DNA of 63,774 nt, the filler included, from Lama guanicoe (Eukaryota), in assembly GCA_013239625.1 (NCBI GenBank). It is 154 parts of 154 records of this genome, joined end to end, with 100 filler letters (N's around TTAATTAATTAA, not from the genome) between each part and the next. Parts side by side here need not be neighbours in the genome. Positions count along the whole stretch, not along the records: positions 62,211 to 62,526 come from PNXV01055624.1; positions 62,627 to 62,942 come from PNXV01055625.1; positions 63,043 to 63,358 come from PNXV01055626.1; positions 63,459 to 63,774 come from PNXV01055627.1; 150 more parts are not named here. The stretch is one strand, 5' to 3'. Positions 62,211-63,774 of the stretch are shown piece by piece (the first letter of the stretch is position 1; every line of letters begins with the position of its first letter). Below the pieces are notes generated by a model, which made no database searches, was not told the DNA's origin, and saw nothing but the letters and a program-made list of their open reading frames with translations. Position numbers and translations under genes: made by a program.

Positions 62211-62526
62211 GACTCCGGCTCTCCGGTCTGGCTTCATTCGGGTCTTGCGGGCCGGTGTTGCTTCCGCTGTCCAGTCAGCTCTCATTCAGCTCCTCCGTTC
62301 CCGCGGCATCTCTCAGTTTGAGAAGGAACGCAGGCGCTCACGGGGAACCTCACTGCGCGTGCGCAGCGCAGCTGAGGCGAACGGGCCACAGCCATTACCC
62401 GCCTGAGCTGCGAGGCTGGGAGGAAGCGTTCCAGAGCTCGGGGAACGGAGGGGCCGCGCGCGCGCCGCGCCCCGCCTGCCTCCGCGCGGGAGGGTGGAGA
62501 GGGGAAGGGTCGGCCCGTGTTGCCTC
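62211..62526. promoter_or_regulatory. CpG-island promoter fragment with NRF1 and ETS-like motifs
   Basis: TGCGCGTGCGCA at 62354-62365 fits the NRF1 consensus. CTTCCG near 62261, GC boxes and dense CpG. Confidence 0.7.
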
Positions 62527-62626
62527 NNNNNNNNNNNNNNNNNNNNNNNNNNNNNNNNNNNNNNNNNNNNTTAATTAATTAANNNNNNNNNNNNNNNNNN
62601 NNNNNNNNNNNNNNNNNNNNNNNNNN

Positions 62627-62869
62627 CACAATAACTTGCATGTGTATGAGGTAAGAAGTAAATGTACGCATGCGCTAGTACCATGCGTCAGCATTATGAA
62701 CAATACGCATGCGCAGGCACAATGAAAGGACAAGTGCGTACACCGGAGGGGACGCCACCCGCTTGTACTGCTGTGAAGTGCTGTTTTGCTCTATGTCAGC
62801 TCCTTGCGCCATCCAGTTGGGCAGCTCGCTTCCTCGGATCCCTCTCCAGTCCCACCGCAGAAGACAACA
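62627..62869 (+). mobile_element. Probable ERV LTR 3' portion
   Basis: CpG-retaining segment with repeated ACGCATGCGC motifs, ending in GAAGACAACA (LTR-like CA terminus) before plainer flanking sequence. No canonical AATAAA seen. Confidence 0.45.
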
Positions 62870-63774
62870 TTATGCTGGATACTAGGTAACTCGGCAGGCA
62901 AAAGCACCTAGAACAACTACTCTCCAGAGCTTTCAATCTAACNNNNNNNNNNNNNNNNNNNNNNNNNNNNNNNNNNNNNNNNNNNNTTAATTAATTAANN
63001 NNNNNNNNNNNNNNNNNNNNNNNNNNNNNNNNNNNNNNNNNNAAAATGATGATCTTAAAGATTAATCATTATTACATAAATATTGCTTTGTTTCTTATGT
63101 CAATTACTATTAACATTTGAATAGTTATCTAATACAATTGTTATAAATTTGCAGAATCAATATGGATCATTCAGTCAAAGATATCAGAGATACTGCTGTA
63201 TAATACTTAATATTAATGTATTTGACTGGAAATAATTGATGACCTCATTGGACACACCCCTATTTCTGGTAAAATTTGACTCTCTGTTTTCTAATACTCT
63301 CCTAAGAATGTTTGTAAGGAGTCTAGCTTCATTCTATCTCACAGTGAGCTGACAATCTNNNNNNNNNNNNNNNNNNNNNNNNNNNNNNNNNNNNNNNNNN
63401 NNTTAATTAATTAANNNNNNNNNNNNNNNNNNNNNNNNNNNNNNNNNNNNNNNNNNNNGCCTGGGACACGGCCCTCCTCACGCCCCACATCCATTTTTCC
63501 TGCGTCAAAGGGGCATGCTATCAATTCAGTTTTAGGGAAAAATAATAGTTTAAAGTAATTTAAAGTTAAAATTTAAGTGCCCAATAGCTTACTTTTCTAG
63601 GATGATAGAATTATCTAGCATTAAATTTAATTATCAGGGAGCATTGTGACAGAGAAAATAATTCTTGTCTCTGTCTTCTCTTTTTCACCGTGTTGAAATC
63701 TATCATTTTTGCAACATAATCAAGTTTAGAAATTTTATAACTGTACCATACATAGGTCATTCTATTCTTGATAA

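Noticed and set aside
866..62889. Most entries in the ORF track, including those ending in X-runs or LIN
   Set aside because: They run into the N/linker block or are chance frames in GC-rich or repeat DNA. Only the LGALS1, CFAP90, ZNF532, L1 and Tigger1 translations match families I recognise.
359..63414. Regular repeat with equal-length unique spacers resembling a CRISPR array or other programmed repeat system
   Set aside because: The repeat is a 12-bp palindromic stop linker embedded in N-runs, the spacers are ~315-bp mammalian contigs sorted by length, and there are no cas genes.

Overview
This window is not contiguous genomic DNA. It is an artificial concatenation of about 154 short contigs (mostly 314, then 315, then 316 bp, so apparently sorted by length). 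Each pair is joined by the same 100-base spacer: 44 N, TTAATTAATTAA, 44 N. The 12-mer is a palindromic linker with stops in all six frames, so neighbouring contigs are unrelated and most ORF-track entries, including those ending in X-runs or 'LIN', are artefacts. The content is mammalian and probably camelid, judged from tRNA-Ala-derived vic-1-like SINEs and a galectin-1 copy with artiodactyl-type residues. Most recognisable contigs are fragments of L1, L2, MIR, MaLR/ERV LTRs, Tigger1 or MER5A. Recognisable gene-related pieces are the first coding exon of CFAP90 (C5orf49), a processed LGALS1 pseudogene, a disabled ZNF532 copy and a 3'-truncated 5S rRNA retrocopy flanked by a probable target-site duplication. 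Two contigs carry a ~245-bp tandem satellite, and several are CpG-island or promoter fragments. All family and gene assignments come from recalled sequences, not database searches. I found no support for a novel multi-gene biological system, and the regular repeat-spacer layout is an assembly artefact, not a CRISPR array.
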